Source of the DNA: an uncultured Candidatus Saccharibacteria bacterium
GTDB taxonomy: Bacteria > Patescibacteriota > Minisyncoccia > Phycocordibacterales > CAYSCM01
Length of the DNA: 24,071 nt
Assembly: GCA_964429815.1 (NCBI GenBank)
Contig: CAYSCM010000004.1
Span: forward strand, 1 to 24,071
Reading direction: 5' to 3'
This document shows positions 21,157 through 24,071 of this stretch, piece by piece. The notes under the pieces were generated by a model, which saw nothing but the letters and a program-made list of their open reading frames with translations, did no database searches and was not told the DNA's origin. The position numbers and the translations under genes are program-made. Every line of letters begins with the position of its first letter. Within the stretch, counting starts at the first letter, position 1.

Positions 21157-24071
21157 TTAGGGGGTTGTCGTGGCGGTTGAGCTTGCGGTGCTCGTTGTTG
21201 CTGGCGTGCTCGACGCGTGCGGGTCGAGGACGTTCACGGTTCGGGTCGCAGTCCCTACATTACCCGCTTGGTCGGTCGCACTGTAGAGGATGGTGTGGGT
21301 TGCGGCGACGGAAGTATCCAGGGTGAGCTGGCTTTGATCCATGAGAGCTCCTCCGTCGAGCGAGACTTTATAGCCGAGATTTACGCTCACGTTGTCGGTC
21401 ACGGTGGCGCCCAAGTCAGAGTAGACGTCACCGATGTTGACGTTCGCTGGATTGTTGCCGTTTATGGTGACGGTCGGGGCGATGGTGTCGGTCGAGGTCG
21501 AGGTGGTCGTGGTCGTTGATGCAGTTGTTGATGTGGTTGTTGATGTGGTTGTAGTCGATGTCGCGGCCGGCGTGCTCGTCGAACCGCTCGGCACACTCGT
21601 GCTTCCTGTGCCGCTCGTGCTTCCTGTGCCGCTCGAAGAGTGTCCAGCACCGGCGAGGAGCGAGTCGAGCTGACTCTTAGTGATGCAGGTCTCTCCAGAG
21701 CTATCCGAAACACAGAGCTTGTCCGTGTGAACTTCCTTGGCGAAGACCTTGTTGAAGGCGCCGATTGCGGCGTAGACCCCTTCGCTAAAGGCTCGGTAGA
21801 CGGCAACTCCTGCGGCGTTGATAGCGTCCTTGAGCGCTTGCGAGGCGTCGGCGAACGCGGCGACCCATGGTGTTGAAGTGGATGTGCTCGAGCTTGCAGC
21901 CGTGAGTTCGATCGGTGTCGTCGTGCCGAAGAACGGCTTAATGCTGTGGTAAATATCCTGAACACCCTCAATGAGATACGGCGTGAAGCCTGCGTAGTTG
22001 AGAGAAAGAGTGCCCCAGTCGCTCGTGTAGACGAGGTCAGGCAAAATTTGCTGAACATCTTGGGCGAGGAAGCCGGTGTGGGTCGGAGAGCCTGGGTCTT
22101 CCGCTTTCCAGTTGTAGGTCACTGGCTTGAGGGCCAAGAGTGCATTGAGCGAAGATGAGAGGCTATTGATATTGGTCTTGAGGCGTGCGTCAGACTGACA
22201 TGAGATAGAGCCAGCCGCCGGGGTGATGAAGCACACGCCGGAGGCGTTGCCGAAGGCTGCCACCGCTTTGTTGGTAGAGATGGAACTGTTGCCGACCACG
22301 AAGATGGTTGACGAGGAGGTTGTCGTACCAACACCGACGCTACCTTGGGCGCCGCCGACGATGAAGTTTGGCGTCGAGCTGCCGCGGCGAGCTACGACGA
22401 AGCCCGGGTCATTATTGCCTATCTCAACGCTGAGCGTGCCCCATGGAGTAGAGGAGGCGATTCCCACAAAGCCAGCGTTTCCGGTGGAGACAAGCGAGAG
22501 GGTCGAAGAAGCGGCGGTTGTCGTCGCATAGGTGCTGTCTGAGCTCGTGGCGAAGTAGAGGTTGCCGCCGGCGGAGCGCACTGCCCAGTGCTTGAGGTTC
22601 ACCCCTCCCAAGGGGTCGGTGAGGATGAGTTGCGGATAATTTGAGACAAGCTGGAGGCGGGCTGCATTGGCGGATGTGGTGGCGGTCGAGGTGCCGATGA
22701 CGACGTTGCCCGCGGCATTGATGGAAAGGGCGGTCGAAGTGGCATTGAGAGAGTCCGAGGAAGTGCCGACGGTGAAGATGCCGTTTTGGGCGCCAATGAG
22801 CCAGTGTTTGTTGTTGGCGGCGGCGTTCGTCTTAGTGATGACGATGAAGGGCGTAGCCGAGGCGACTTGGAGGGTCCAGTTTGCCGTGGTCGTGCCGATG
22901 CCCACATTGCCGCCGGTTGAGATGGTGAGGAGGTTGCCACCCGAGGTATTGCGGTAGATCGTGAATGAGCTATCTGAAATTCCCACGTTCTTGCCGATCA
23001 TCCAGGCGTTGTTGTCCGAGTCCTCGGCAGACTTGAAATGGAGCGCTGCTTCACCGTTCACGGCATTGCTGGTGATGTGAAGCTGGCCCCAAAACGATGT
23101 TCCCTTGATCGAAAGCCTGGTCTCCGGTGCGCCTGTACCGATTCCCACGTTCCCGGTTGAATCTACCGCGAGAACTGACTGCGTATTCGTCGCGAATGTC
23201 GAGTCCGAGCTCGTGGCGATATAGAAGCCACCACCCACCGAGCGGAAACTCCAATGCTTGAGGTTTGCTCCCGCAGTGTTGTCCGTGAGCGTGAGCTGGG
23301 GACCGGTTGAGGAGGCGACCTGGAGGGCCCACTGGGGAGAGGTGGTGCCGATGCCGACCTTGAGGGCGGTGTTGGGTGAGATGGCGAGGGTGTCGGTCGT
23401 CGACGTGGCCCATTTTGAGTTGCTAGTGCCCGAGCCTGCACCGCAGGCACTCCCCGTCCCCGAGACCGCACCGGCCCCCGAGATCTGGAGACACTGCGTT
23501 GAGCCGGAGCCGAGACCGGAGATGGTGAGTGCGGTGGTAGAGGCGCGGCCGGTGGTATCTATTTGAAAGAGAGTCGAGGTGCTGTTGAGCGAATCCGAGC
23601 TCGTACCGATGCGGAAGGTGCCATCGATATTGGAAAGAAGCCAGTGCTTGTTCCCTGCTGATGCCGCGGTATCCGTAATAGCAATGTAGGGCGTGGCGGA
23701 GGCTACCTGGAGTGACCAGTTGGGGGTCGTGGTGCCGATGCCGAGACTTCTCGTTGAGTTGAAGTATAGTGAGTTCCCGATATTGAGAAGTGAACCGTAA
23801 ATATTGGTTGAGGAGGCGGTGGTGGAGAAGAGGTTGGTGGTTGTCGCGGAGGTGCCGGTGGCGTTCACGAAGGTGACGTTCTGCAGGGTGGTGGAGCCGT
23901 AGGCGATGACGTTTCCGGCAGAGGCGGTGTTGGTCACAAAGAGCGAATTGAGGGTCGAGGAGGCGGCGACCTGGAGGTAGGTGAGGGCGACGGTGCCGGT
24001 GGCGTCGATGGAGAGTGCGGAGACGGAGCTGGTGGCGAAGGTGCCCGCCGAGCTCGTGGCGAGGTAGAGGT
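21157..24071 (-). CDS. very large Thr/Ser-rich fibre/surface protein (partial; N-terminus beyond the window) with repeated about 65-aa modules, an internal Peptidase_S74 intramolecular-chaperone (self-cleaving) domain, a Thr-rich linker and a C-terminal DUF5011/Ig-like domain
   Basis: The frame stays open upstream of the track's GTG at 23937, to 24071. Repeats of the form GN(V)GIGTTTP.W.LQVAS...KHW........SSDS. S74 motif SDARLKTNI...LKPVTYNWK...GFLAQDVQQILPDLV. C-terminal TINGNNPANVNIGDVYSDLGATVTDNVSV...YSATDQAGNVGTATRTVNV matches DUF5011. Confidence 0.7.
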   Translation of the reverse strand, partial: LYLATSSAGTFATSSVSALSIDATGTVALTYLQVAASSTLNSLFVTNTASAGNVIAYGSTTLQNVTFVNATGTSATTTNLFSTTASSTNIYGSLLNIGNSLYFNSTRSLGIGTTTPNWSLQVASATPYIAITDTAASAGNKHWLLSNIDGTFRIGTSSDSLNSTSTLFQIDTTGRASTTALTISGLGSGSTQCLQISGAGAVSGTGSACGAGSGTSNSKWATSTTDTLAISPNTALKVGIGTTSPQWALQVASSTGPQLTLTDNTAGANLKHWSFRSVGGGFYIATSSDSTFATNTQSVLAVDSTGNVGIGTGAPETRLSIKGTSFWGQLHITSNAVNGEAALHFKSAEDSDNNAWMIGKNVGISDSSFTIYRNTSGGNLLTISTGGNVGIGTTTANWTLQVASATPFIVITKTNAAANNKHWLIGAQNGIFTVGTSSDSLNATSTALSINAAGNVVIGTSTATTSANAARLQLVSNYPQLILTDPLGGVNLKHWAVRSAGGNLYFATSSDSTYATTTAASSTLSLVSTGNAGFVGIASSTPWGTLSVEIGNNDPGFVVARRGSSTPNFIVGGAQGSVGVGTTTSSSTIFVVGNSSISTNKAVAAFGNASGVCFITPAAGSISCQSDARLKTNINSLSSSLNALLALKPVTYNWKAEDPGSPTHTGFLAQDVQQILPDLVYTSDWGTLSLNYAGFTPYLIEGVQDIYHSIKPFFGTTTPIELTAASSSTSTSTPWVAAFADASQALKDAINAAGVAVYRAFSEGVYAAIGAFNKVFAKEVHTDKLCVSDSSGETCITKSQLDSLLAGAGHSSSGTGSTSGTGSTSVPSGSTSTPAATSTTTTSTTTSTTASTTTTTSTSTDTIAPTVTINGNNPANVNIGDVYSDLGATVTDNVSVNLGYKVSLDGGALMDQSQLTLDTSVAATHTILYSATDQAGNVGTATRTVNVLDPHASSTPATTSTASSTATTTP
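21515..21631. repeat. in-frame tandem DNA repeats inside the fibre gene: 12-nt units (GTTGATGTGGTT-like x4, 21515-21562) and an 18-nt unit CTCGTGCTTCCTGTGCCG x2 (21596-21631), encoding TSTTT and SGTGST repeats
   Basis: Direct tandem copies are visible in the sequence. They encode the low-complexity Thr/Ser/Gly linker. Confidence 0.7.

Noticed and set aside
1-24071. CRISPR arrays, rRNA genes, transposases/integrases, toxin-antitoxin pairs
   Set aside because: No direct-repeat/spacer periodicity, no rRNA-like conserved stretches, and no recombinase motifs in any frame.

Overview
This window is a high-GC (~58-60%) bacterial segment, with almost every gene on the minus strand. From gene content alone (inference) it resembles a reduced Patescibacteria/CPR-type genome: short EF-Ts and RF1, a split transketolase, a type IV pilin inside a sugar-phosphate operon, and abundant cell-envelope proteins.

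Housekeeping genes recognised: a partial tRNA-Thr(TGT) at the left edge, tsf, rpsB, prfA, rpmE, rplY/ctc, class II fba and a PfkB-family kinase (plus strand). One tightly coupled minus-strand operon runs gap, rpiB, a small membrane ORF, a type IV pilin, rpe, tkt-N, tkt-C, two unannotated 52-aa paralogous single-TM peptides and a DUF1653 protein. All junctions in it are 3 nt or less, or overlap.

Envelope and accessory genes:
- A coiled-coil MltB-like lytic transglycosylase.
- A SleB-like cell-wall hydrolase driven by a consensus TTGACA/TATAAT promoter.
- Three tandem, translationally coupled Cys/His-rich membrane-anchored paralogs with a repeated C-x-H-x-x-G-H module and no recognised family.
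- A class-A beta-lactamase-like serine hydrolase (plus strand).
- A partial, very large Thr/Ser-rich fibre protein with an internal Peptidase_S74 self-cleaving chaperone domain, a C-terminal DUF5011 Ig-like domain and in-frame tandem DNA repeats.

Regulatory signals I could read directly:
- Many GC-rich hairpin plus T-tract terminators on the minus strand.
- A recurrent TATACT box 6-8 nt upstream of the ATG of five genes, suggesting leaderless mRNAs.
- A perfect 42-bp AT-rich palindrome fused to a consensus sigma70 promoter.
- A run of three tetraloop hairpins upstream of fba.

No CRISPR array, rRNA or obvious transposase was seen. Coordinates near 10997-11054 may be off by 1 nt because of a transcription ambiguity on my side.
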